Part shown: one piece after another, positions 25,178-32,551 of the stretch
Position numbering within the stretch: the first letter of the stretch is position 1
Layout: each line of letters opens with the position of its first letter
Notes under the pieces: generated by a model
Database searches by the model: none
Seen by the model: only the letters and a program-made list of their open reading frames with translations
Told to the model about the DNA's origin: nothing
Position numbers and translations under genes: made by a program
Origin: Gemmatimonadales bacterium
Lineage (GTDB): Bacteria > Gemmatimonadota > Gemmatimonadetes > Gemmatimonadales > GWC2-71-9
NCBI GenBank assembly: GCA_035576905.1
Contig: DATLWA010000034.1
Location: forward strand, 1-41,546
Direction of reading: 5' to 3'
Length of the DNA: 41,546 nucleotides

Positions 25178-25810
25178 TCAAATCTTGACTTCGATCGTGG
25201 CGCCGCGCTTGTAGCGGATGTAGAGCCAGGCCATGGGGATAACCAGCGTGCCCGCGGCGAGGATGGTCAGACCCAGGAGCCCGGCCGCGAGCAGCACGCC
25301 GCGCTGCGAAGTCTCGGCGGCCTGGAACATCGCGTTGTCCTGGTGCGCCAGCAGCACGATCATCGCGGTGCGCGCCTGCGTCGTCACGGCGGGATCGATC
25401 GTCGTGAGTCCGTCGAGCACCTGATGGACCAGCTCCTGATCGGCCGTGTCGGTGAGCGAACGCGACAGCTGCACCATCTGGTTTTGCAATTCGGCGCGGA
25501 TGCTGTCGCGCTGCGCCACGGCGTCCGCCCGTTTGTACGCCGGGTCGGTGCTGGTCGCCATCTGGCGCCACACCTCCAGCTTGGCGCTGGCGCCGTGCAG
25601 GGTCTGCAGTGCGGTGGCGCCCAGGCGCACGCTGACGGCGGCGCGCTGCAGCGACGTCACGAGGGTGAGGCCCAGAATCAGCGCCACGATGAGCGTGACG
25701 GCGCTGATGGACACGGCGATGCCGGGGCGGATGAAGGTGTAGTCCTTCATCGCGATCGCGAATGACGAGCGCCCAGCCGAGGGCCGCGGCGGCATCGGGG
25801 GAGTGGTCAT
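25178..25810 (-). CDS. Two-TM membrane protein with a periplasmic helical bundle resembling a 4HB sensor domain but with no output domain
   Basis: The ORF from ATG 25810 (MTTPPMPPRPSAG) encodes 210 aa. TM1 reads GIAVSISAVTLIVALILGLTLV. It is followed by ~110 aa of predicted helices, then TM2 (VLLAAGLLGLTILAAGTLVIPMAWLYI) and only 11 cytoplasmic residues (RYKRGATIEVKI). The start is uncertain; MKDYTF is an alternative. Confidence 0.5.
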   Translation of the reverse strand: MTTPPMPPRPSAGRSSFAIAMKDYTFIRPGIAVSISAVTLIVALILGLTLVTSLQRAAVSVRLGATALQTLHGASAKLEVWRQMATSTDPAYKRADAVAQRDSIRAELQNQMVQLSRSLTDTADQELVHQVLDGLTTIDPAVTTQARTAMIVLLAHQDNAMFQAAETSQRGVLLAAGLLGLTILAAGTLVIPMAWLYIRYKRGATIEVKI

Positions 25811-25878
25811 GTCTCGGAAGTCCGGGATAAGGGGGGTTCGGGACGCCCCACGGTATCGCCCGCGGCCGATGGTGTCAA

Positions 25879-27996
25879 CTACTTGAGCGCGGCCGCCAGC
25901 GCGCTCGCGGCCCGGTCCACCTGATCGGCGTAGCGTCCGAACGCCTGCGCCACGCGCGCCGCCTGTGCCTGCGCGTCGGCCGCCTGATGCTGGTCCAGCG
26001 CTTCCCGAATGCCCGGCAGCGTCTTCACGCCGTAACCCGTGTAATAGCCCGGCGCGTACGCCAGGTGGGTGAACCAGGGACGGCGCGGCAGGCCCGCGGA
26101 GTCGGCGAGCTGCCGCTCGCTCGTGTAGAGCAGCCGATTCACGTCCGCCAGCGCGCGGCGCCGCGCGGTGACGCCCGCGTCGGGCAGCGCGTCGAGCGCC
26201 GCGAGCGCTCGCTCGTATCGTGCCGCGGCGCTGTCGAGACGGGTGAGGGCGGCGCGGACGGCGCCGAGGTCGAGCCCCTTGGTCGAGTCGTTCTTGCCGG
26301 CGAGCGAATCGAGCTGGGCCGCGTAGCCGCGATAGGTGCGCGCGGCGGCGGTGAAGTCGAACGGCAGCACCGGCGCGTCGGCCATACGCAGCAGCGCCGC
26401 GCCCATCGTCTGCGATTCCGCCACGCCGTACACGAACGACGTGTCGAGGAAGCGCTCGTAGAACGTGTAGCTGTCGTAGATCGAGTGGTAGATCCCATCG
26501 TGCGTGGCGCCGCCGTAGCTCACATTGAGCGACGCGATGCCGAGATGATCGATGAACGCCGTGTAATCGGATCCCGATCCCAGCGCGTCGATATGGAAGA
26601 CTGTGTCCTCCTTCTGGTCGCGCTGATGCGCGCGCCACGCGTCGAGCACGCTCTTGCCGGTCGCCGGGTCGCGCATGTCGCGCGCCAGCTCGCTCACGAA
26701 CGTCTCGAGCGCGTGCGACCCCGCCGCGCCGAGCCAGCCGCGGTCGTTGGTGTCGGAGTTGTAGTACGCGACGCCCTTGGTGGCGAGCTCGGCCGCGTGC
26801 GCCTCGGCCCACTCCGTCGAGCCCAGCAGGCCCCATTCCTCGCCGTCCCACGCCGCCAGGATGATCGTGCGCGCGGGCCGCCAGCCGCTCTTGAGCAACG
26901 CGCCGAGACCGCGCGCCGTCTCGCCCAGGGCCACCTGGCCGGAGATCGGATCGTTGGCGCCGTTCACCCAGGCGTCGTGATGGTTGCCGTGGATCACCCA
27001 CTGATCGGGCCAGACCGCTCCGGGAATGGTGGCGATGACGTCGTACAGCGGCCGCACCTGCCAGTCGAACTTCACCGCGAGGTGCACCTTCGCCGGCCCG
27101 CCGCCGATGTGATATGTGATCCCCAGCGCGCCGCGCCAGCGCTCGGGTGCCGTGGGCCCGCCCAGATTCTTGAGCAGCGGCAGCGCGTCGCCGTAGGAAA
27201 TCGGCAGCACGGGGATCGGCTCGATCGTCTTCACCTCAGCGAGCGGCAACCGGCGGGCGCCCTGCACGTCGCCCCAACCGGGCGTCAGCGGGTCGCCGGG
27301 GTACGTGGGCATGTCCATCACGCTGCCGCGCTGCACGCCCTGCCACGGCCGCATCGGACCCTTGGGGTAGATGTCGTCCACGAAGAACCCGTCGTCGCGC
27401 GGGTCGGAGTAGATCAGACAGCCGATCGCGCCGTGCTCGGCGGCGACCTTGGGCTTGATGCCGCGCCACGAGCCGCCGTAGCGCGCGATCACGATCTTGC
27501 CCTTCACGCTGACGCCGAGACTGTCGAGAATGCGGTAGTCCGCGGGCACGCCGTAGTTCACGTAAACCAGCTCGCCCGTCACGTCACCGTCGGGGGAATA
27601 GGCGTTGAACGTGGGCAGCTGATCGGTCTGACCCGACGTCGGATCGTCGGACAGCGCCGGCTCCTTGAGGAGGGCGGTGTACTGCTCCGGGGCCACCATC
27701 TCGAGCGAGCGCTGCACGGGGCGCGGCATCAACGCGGCGAACTGCTCGATCTTCGCGTCCAGCCCGAAGCTCCGCCACCGCGCGAGAATCCGTTCGGCCA
27801 CGGCGCGCGAGCGGTCGGTGCCCGCCTCGTGCGGCACGGCGGCCAGCAGCTCCATCTGCGCGCGCAACGTGTCGCGGCGCGGCACGGCGGCGAGCATCTC
27901 CTCGCGGCGCCGCTCGCCCGCGACCTGGGCGCGGGGGAAACCGCGAATGGGAGCGACGGGCTGCTGCAGGGCGAGAGCGAAGAGAACGGCGATCAC
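25879..27996 (-). CDS. M28-family metallopeptidase of the glutamate carboxypeptidase II / transferrin-receptor-like type (PA domain + M28 + dimerisation domain)
   Basis: 705 aa. The blocks VVNYGVPADY...GKIVIARYG (PA domain), HGNHHDAWVNGANDPISG, AAWDGEEWGLLGSTEW, GSGSDYTAFIDHLGIAS and HSIYDSY match GCPII/NAALADase-type zinc ligand blocks. A helical C-terminal domain follows. GTG at 27996 is the most upstream possible start. Confidence 0.8.
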   Translation of the reverse strand: MIAVLFALALQQPVAPIRGFPRAQVAGERRREEMLAAVPRRDTLRAQMELLAAVPHEAGTDRSRAVAERILARWRSFGLDAKIEQFAALMPRPVQRSLEMVAPEQYTALLKEPALSDDPTSGQTDQLPTFNAYSPDGDVTGELVYVNYGVPADYRILDSLGVSVKGKIVIARYGGSWRGIKPKVAAEHGAIGCLIYSDPRDDGFFVDDIYPKGPMRPWQGVQRGSVMDMPTYPGDPLTPGWGDVQGARRLPLAEVKTIEPIPVLPISYGDALPLLKNLGGPTAPERWRGALGITYHIGGGPAKVHLAVKFDWQVRPLYDVIATIPGAVWPDQWVIHGNHHDAWVNGANDPISGQVALGETARGLGALLKSGWRPARTIILAAWDGEEWGLLGSTEWAEAHAAELATKGVAYYNSDTNDRGWLGAAGSHALETFVSELARDMRDPATGKSVLDAWRAHQRDQKEDTVFHIDALGSGSDYTAFIDHLGIASLNVSYGGATHDGIYHSIYDSYTFYERFLDTSFVYGVAESQTMGAALLRMADAPVLPFDFTAAARTYRGYAAQLDSLAGKNDSTKGLDLGAVRAALTRLDSAAARYERALAALDALPDAGVTARRRALADVNRLLYTSERQLADSAGLPRRPWFTHLAYAPGYYTGYGVKTLPGIREALDQHQAADAQAQAARVAQAFGRYADQVDRAASALAAALK

Positions 27997-28037
27997 GTGA
28001 GACTCCGTGTATGGTGGCGGGGGATAATCTGCGCCGA

Positions 28038-28919
28038 CTATTTCGCCGAGTCGATGGCCACCTTGAGCCCGCGAGCCACCGCGAGCGGCGCGCCGTCGGC
28101 CCAGAAGTGAATGAAGAACGCGCGCGGTTCTTCACCGACTAGGTGATTGTGGACCGCGGTGACCCGGATGCCCGACATGGTGAGCGCGCGCAACAGGGGC
28201 CGGAGCCGGGCGCCGGTCACCACGAAGTCGCCCGTCGCCACGGCGCGAGCGGGGGTGACGCTCTGAATGTTGATAGCCGTCGCGAGTCCCTGGGCCAGCG
28301 GCACGAGCCGCCCGTCCATCGTGGGATGGCTGCCCGACGTGGCGACTCCCACGCTCGCGACGTCACCCGTGACCCGGCCGTGCTCGCCGAGGGCGGCGAA
28401 CAAGGCGGCGGTGTCGAGTGTCGCGGCGGTTGCGGCCGCCGGACCCGGAGGCCCGAGCGGCGTGCCGGTGCGGCTGAGGGTGGTGCGCAGCGTTCCCGCC
28501 AGGTCGGCGGCAGGTCCGCGGCCGTGATAGTGCAGATAGTAGATCCGTGGCGCTTCGCCCAGCAGGTGGTGATGGATGGCGGTGACCTCGAAGCCCGCGT
28601 CGAGCAAGCTCGCCGTCACGATGGGCAGCTCTGCCTCGGTGAGCACGAGGTCGCCCATCACGTCGGCCGCATCGGTGGCACCCGCGAAGGCGGCCCATGA
28701 CGTCAGTGCCAGCGCCGGCTGCAGCGTGACGTCGCCGACTTTCACCGCCAGATCGCTGCGGGGGAACGTGACGCGGTACACGTCGCCGGTGGCGGGAGTG
28801 GCGCGAGCGAACGTCCGCGCGACGAGATCCCAGGGGCCCGCCTGCTGGCCGGCGAGCGGGGCGGTGACGAGCGCCAAGGCGCACAGCGTGGGAAAGCGCA
28901 TGTGGTGCAACAGCCTCAT
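28038..28919 (-). CDS. DUF1259 (LppY/LpqO-like) exported protein with an internal duplication
   Basis: The signal reads ...LCALALVTAPLAG|QQ. Two homologous halves each end in a His-rich motif: VTAIHHHLLGEAPRIYYLHYHGRG and VTAVHNHLVGEEPRAFFIHFWADG. The start may be the second Met (28901). Confidence 0.6.
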   Translation of the reverse strand: MRLLHHMRFPTLCALALVTAPLAGQQAGPWDLVARTFARATPATGDVYRVTFPRSDLAVKVGDVTLQPALALTSWAAFAGATDAADVMGDLVLTEAELPIVTASLLDAGFEVTAIHHHLLGEAPRIYYLHYHGRGPAADLAGTLRTTLSRTGTPLGPPGPAAATAATLDTAALFAALGEHGRVTGDVASVGVATSGSHPTMDGRLVPLAQGLATAINIQSVTPARAVATGDFVVTGARLRPLLRALTMSGIRVTAVHNHLVGEEPRAFFIHFWADGAPLAVARGLKVAIDSAK

Positions 28920-28963
28920 TAGTAAGGAAAGGAAAGACTGCGGCGGGCCGAGGACGGACGCCA

Positions 28964-28977
28964 GAGCGCCGGCGCTC
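28964..28977. repeat. Perfect 14-nt palindrome GAGCGCCGGCGCTC in the spacer between the cupredoxin and DUF1259 genes
   Basis: Read directly from the sequence, within the 91-nt spacer 28920-29010. Confidence 0.5.
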
Positions 28978-29010
28978 CAGGCTGTAACACCCGGAACGCC
29001 GGCGCGATAG

Positions 29011-30294
29011 CTACTGCACGATGATCACGCCCACCATGCCGGCCGTGTAACCCGAACCATGAATCGTGCATTCGAAGCGGTAGGTCCCCGGGGCGACACC
29101 TGTCAACGTCTTGACGAATGTCGGGGTCCCCGACTGCGTCGCGGACCCGCTTCCGAGGACGCCGGTATTCTCGAAGGTGACGTTGTGTCCGATCCCACCG
29201 CTGTTCCACTTCCAGGTGATGGTCCCGCCCGACGCAATCGTGATCGTGTCGGGCTTGAAGAGGTCGTTGAGCACGGAGTCGGTCGCCGAGGCAGGGGCGG
29301 TCGTGATCGTCGTGGCGAAGGAGACCGGTGATCCGGAGAGCGCGGGTGTGGACGTTGCGGTCACGGAGTCAGGTCCGTCGGTGCTGCCCAGGGTGTGCGA
29401 CACCGTCGCCAGGCCAAGCGCGTTGGTCGTATCGATGCTCGGGGTCACCGATCCGCCGCCGAAGGTCGCTGCCCAATCAACGCGGACGCCCGCGACGCCG
29501 TTGCCATGCGCATCCCTGGCTTTCACACTGAGCGTCACGTTCGCCGCATGTTGCCCGACCGTGGCGCTCTGGCTGTTGAACGCGAGGTTCGCCGGATTGC
29601 CCGGCGTCGCGATCCCCGTGAATGTGATCGGCGAGCCGATCAATCCCGTCACGGTCGCCTGCGCGTTCTGGTTGCCGGCGGTGCCGCCCAGCGTGCGGAA
29701 GATCTGCGCCACGCCCGAGCCGTCGGTATTACTGGTCGGCGCGCCGACCGAGCCGCCGCCGCTGGTCACGGCCCAGTTCACCGTGTAGCTCGCGACGTTG
29801 TTGTTCTGGTAGTCGAGCACGTGCACGCGGAACGGATTGCCCAGCTGTGCCAGGACGGTGTCGGTCTGGCTGTCGTTGGCGAACTTCTGAATGCGGTACG
29901 CGCCGTTCACTTGCGCGACCGATGTGAACGTGATGGGCGATCCCGTCAATCCGACCTTCGTCGCCGTGGTGGTGACGGTGGCGGCGCTCGCGGGGAGCGT
30001 GCGCATGATACTGGCGACGCCCAGAGCATCGCTGTTGCTCGACGCCGTGGAGACCGACCCACCGCCCACGGCCGCCCAGGCGACGGGCACGTCCGCGACC
30101 GCGTGGCCGCCGGTGTCCGTCACGAGCACCTGCAGCTGCACCTGCGTTGCAACGTTGGCGATCTGGCTGTCGCCCGCAAACTTGGCGATCTGGCTCGCCG
30201 GGGGAGGCGGCGGGGTGCCGCCGCCGCCGCCGCCGCAGGCGGCGAGGCACACGGCACCGAATGCGATGAAAATGGACGGACCATGCGACGGCAT
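29011..30294 (-). CDS. Lipoprotein with three Ig-like (Big_1/invasin-type) repeats and a C-terminal type-1 copper (cupredoxin, plastocyanin/amicyanin-like) domain
   Basis: GGAGG lies upstream. The lipobox is VCLAAC|GGGGGGTPPPPP. Three ~95-aa repeats each contain (F)xGDSQ..., W(A)xxxGGGSV, SNSD/SNTD/IDTT-xxG-xA and GSPITF/GSPVSF. The C-terminal ~95 aa carry the copper ligand pattern GHNVTF ... YRFECTIHGSGYTAGMVGVIIV (His, Cys, His, Met). Confidence 0.7.
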   Translation of the reverse strand: MPSHGPSIFIAFGAVCLAACGGGGGGTPPPPPASQIAKFAGDSQIANVATQVQLQVLVTDTGGHAVADVPVAWAAVGGGSVSTASSNSDALGVASIMRTLPASAATVTTTATKVGLTGSPITFTSVAQVNGAYRIQKFANDSQTDTVLAQLGNPFRVHVLDYQNNNVASYTVNWAVTSGGGSVGAPTSNTDGSGVAQIFRTLGGTAGNQNAQATVTGLIGSPITFTGIATPGNPANLAFNSQSATVGQHAANVTLSVKARDAHGNGVAGVRVDWAATFGGGSVTPSIDTTNALGLATVSHTLGSTDGPDSVTATSTPALSGSPVSFATTITTAPASATDSVLNDLFKPDTITIASGGTITWKWNSGGIGHNVTFENTGVLGSGSATQSGTPTFVKTLTGVAPGTYRFECTIHGSGYTAGMVGVIIVQ

Positions 30295-30460
30295 CGAGAC
30301 CTCCGAAGTGGGTGCGCGTAACCGGAGAGTTTACCCCGCACCGGCGCTCAGGGAGCCGGTTTGACAAGACCCTAACGGATGCCCCGAATCGCGCGTACCC
30401 TAGTGAGTCTTCATTTACCGTCATCCCCTAACTGTTTTCATTCACCAGGAGTCGTGAACC

Positions 30461-32029
30461 GTGAACCTTCTCCGTTGCGCTGCCGCCGCGCTCGCCGGCG
30501 CCGCGCTCGCCGTCACACCGCTCGCCGCGCAGGGCGGCGGCGCTCCGCGCACGACGGGCGTCCCCGGCATCACCGTGGACACGACCGGTGTCGGTGCCCT
30601 CATCGACCAGGGCATGAACAAGTCCCAGGTCATGAAGAGCCTGCAGTACCTCACAGATGTGATCGGACCGCGGCTGACGGGGTCGCCCGCCGCGCGCGCC
30701 GCGAACGACTGGACCATGAAGCAGTTCCAGGCCTACGGCCTCGACGCCCACCTCGAGCAGTGGAATTTCGGCGGCACGTGGGAGCGCGGGCCGATGTGGA
30801 TGCGGATGACCGCCCCGCGCGCGCACGATGTGGTGGCGGCGAGCTGGGCGTGGGCGCCGGGCACGGGCGGGAAGCCCGCGAGCGGCCCCGTCGTCCGCAT
30901 CGACGCGAGCACGCCGGAAAGCCTCGCCGCCAACAAGGGGAAGGTCAAAGGCGCGTGGGTGATGCTGCGCGCGGCGTCGCTGGTGTGGAACAACGACGGT
31001 CCGCCGATGACCGCCGCCGACTCGCAGCGCCAGCGCGACTTCTTCCGCGGCTTCCAGCAGGGCGCGCCGCGCGACTCGGCGGCGCGGGCGCGGCAGCAGC
31101 AATTCAACGCCGACCAGCCGTTCCTGCTGCGCGACGCCGGCGCGTTGGGAATCCTGCTCGACGCGGGCAAGGAGCAGGACCTGCTCAACATGAGCGGCTC
31201 ACCGACGCGCGTGCTGCCGCTGCCCCAAGTGGTCGTGGCGCACGAGGAGTACGCGATGTTCGAGCGGCTGCTCGGCCTCGGCATCACGCCGCAGCTGCAG
31301 GCCAGCATCGCGAATGCGATCAACATGAAAGACTCGGTGCCGCAGTGGAACACCGTCGCCGAGATCCGCGGCACGGAGCATCCGGGGCAGGTTGTGATCG
31401 TGGGCGCCCATCTCGATTCCTGGGACCTGGGCACCGGGGCGACCGACAACGGCACGGGCTCCGCGGCGACGCTCGAGGCGGCGCGCATCATCGCGCAGTC
31501 GGGGATCAAACCGAAACGCACGATCCGCTTCATTCTCTTCACGGGTGAAGAGGAAGGACTGATCGGCTCGCGCAAGTACGCCGAGCAGCACGCCGGCGAC
31601 GCCGATTCGATTCAGGCGGTGATCGTGCTCGACAACGGCGCCGGCGCCATCACCGGCCAGGCGCTGCAGGGCCGGCCCGAGCTGTTCGGATTGTGGCGGG
31701 CGATTCTGGCGCCGGTGCACGACTTCAACGCCGACGAGGTGACCGACGGCTTCAAGGGCGGCACCGATCACCTGTCGTTCCTGCCCTACGGCGTACCCGG
31801 GTTCAACTTCAATCAGATCACTCGGGGCTACAACCACACGCACCACTCACAGTCGGACACGTGGGACAAGGCGATCGACTGGGACCTGCGGCAGGCGTCG
31901 ACGGTGATGGCCGTCTCCGCGCTCGAGCTGGCGAACCTCACGGGGATGATTCCGCGCGGCCAGCGCACCACGCCGCCGGTCGTGGCAGCCACGAAAGTAT
32001 CGCCGGAATTACTGAAGGCGAATCGCTAG
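30461..32029 (+). CDS. Secreted M28-family aminopeptidase
   Basis: GTG start at 30461, 10 nt after AGGA. The signal reads MNLLRCAAAALAGAALAVTPLAA|Q. The zinc-ligand blocks are VVIVGAHLDSWDLGTGATDNGTGSA, FTGEEEGLIGS and GGTDHLSF. Confidence 0.8.
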   Translation: MNLLRCAAAALAGAALAVTPLAAQGGGAPRTTGVPGITVDTTGVGALIDQGMNKSQVMKSLQYLTDVIGPRLTGSPAARAANDWTMKQFQAYGLDAHLEQWNFGGTWERGPMWMRMTAPRAHDVVAASWAWAPGTGGKPASGPVVRIDASTPESLAANKGKVKGAWVMLRAASLVWNNDGPPMTAADSQRQRDFFRGFQQGAPRDSAARARQQQFNADQPFLLRDAGALGILLDAGKEQDLLNMSGSPTRVLPLPQVVVAHEEYAMFERLLGLGITPQLQASIANAINMKDSVPQWNTVAEIRGTEHPGQVVIVGAHLDSWDLGTGATDNGTGSAATLEAARIIAQSGIKPKRTIRFILFTGEEEGLIGSRKYAEQHAGDADSIQAVIVLDNGAGAITGQALQGRPELFGLWRAILAPVHDFNADEVTDGFKGGTDHLSFLPYGVPGFNFNQITRGYNHTHHSQSDTWDKAIDWDLRQASTVMAVSALELANLTGMIPRGQRTTPPVVAATKVSPELLKANR

Positions 32030-32033
32030 CGCG

Positions 32034-32507
32034 TTACGCTTCCTGGAGCAGTTTGTCGAGGTCGAGTGGCCGCGTGTGCATCCGGAGCGTTCCGTCCGGC
32101 GCACGCGGCCATTCCGCTTCCGGCCGGTCGCGGTACAGCTCCACGCCGTTGCCGTCGGGATCGCGCAGGTAGATCGCCTCACTCACGCCGTGATCGGACG
32201 CGCCTTCGAGCGGATAGCCGGCGTCGAGCACGCGACGCACGGCCTGCGACAGGGTCTTGCGGTCGGGAAACAGAATCGCGAAGTGATACAGGCCGGTGGT
32301 CCCCGGCGCGGCCGGCGGCGCGCCGCGTCCCGCCCACGTGTTGAGCCCGATGTGGTGATGATAGCCGCCGGCGGAGAGGAAGATGGCGTCGGCGCCATAG
32401 CGAGTGGTGACTTCGAAACCCAACGCGTCGCGATAGAAAGCCAACGCGCGGTCGAGGTCGGAAACGGTCAGGTGGACGTGACCGATCTTGGTGCGGGGAT
32501 CGAGCAT
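32034..32507 (-). CDS. VOC-family protein (glyoxalase / extradiol-dioxygenase fold)
   Basis: 157 aa: IGHVHLTVSDLDRALAFYRDALGFEV ... LYHFAILFP ... SEAIYLRDPDGNGVELY. This is a paired beta-alpha-beta-beta-beta module with metal-ligand-type His and Glu positions. Confidence 0.75.
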   Translation of the reverse strand: MLDPRTKIGHVHLTVSDLDRALAFYRDALGFEVTTRYGADAIFLSAGGYHHHIGLNTWAGRGAPPAAPGTTGLYHFAILFPDRKTLSQAVRRVLDAGYPLEGASDHGVSEAIYLRDPDGNGVELYRDRPEAEWPRAPDGTLRMHTRPLDLDKLLQEA

Positions 32508-32551
32508 ATCTACAGAACAACCATCAGTTCCCGACCCGGTTAGATTCCAGC

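Noticed and set aside
30361-30366. TTGACA hexamer in the 166-nt divergent spacer, considered as a -35 element for the M28 peptidase gene.
   Set aside because: There is no acceptable -10 hexamer at 16-19 nt spacing (CCGAAT at best). If this is an FCB-group organism, the promoter consensus may differ from the sigma-70 TTGACA/TATAAT model.
30454-30467. Direct repeat GTGAACC-GTGAACC at the M28 peptidase start.
   Set aside because: It is only two 7-nt copies. It simply offers two alternative GTG codons, and only 30461 is in frame with the ORF. There is no evidence of slippage or a regulatory role.
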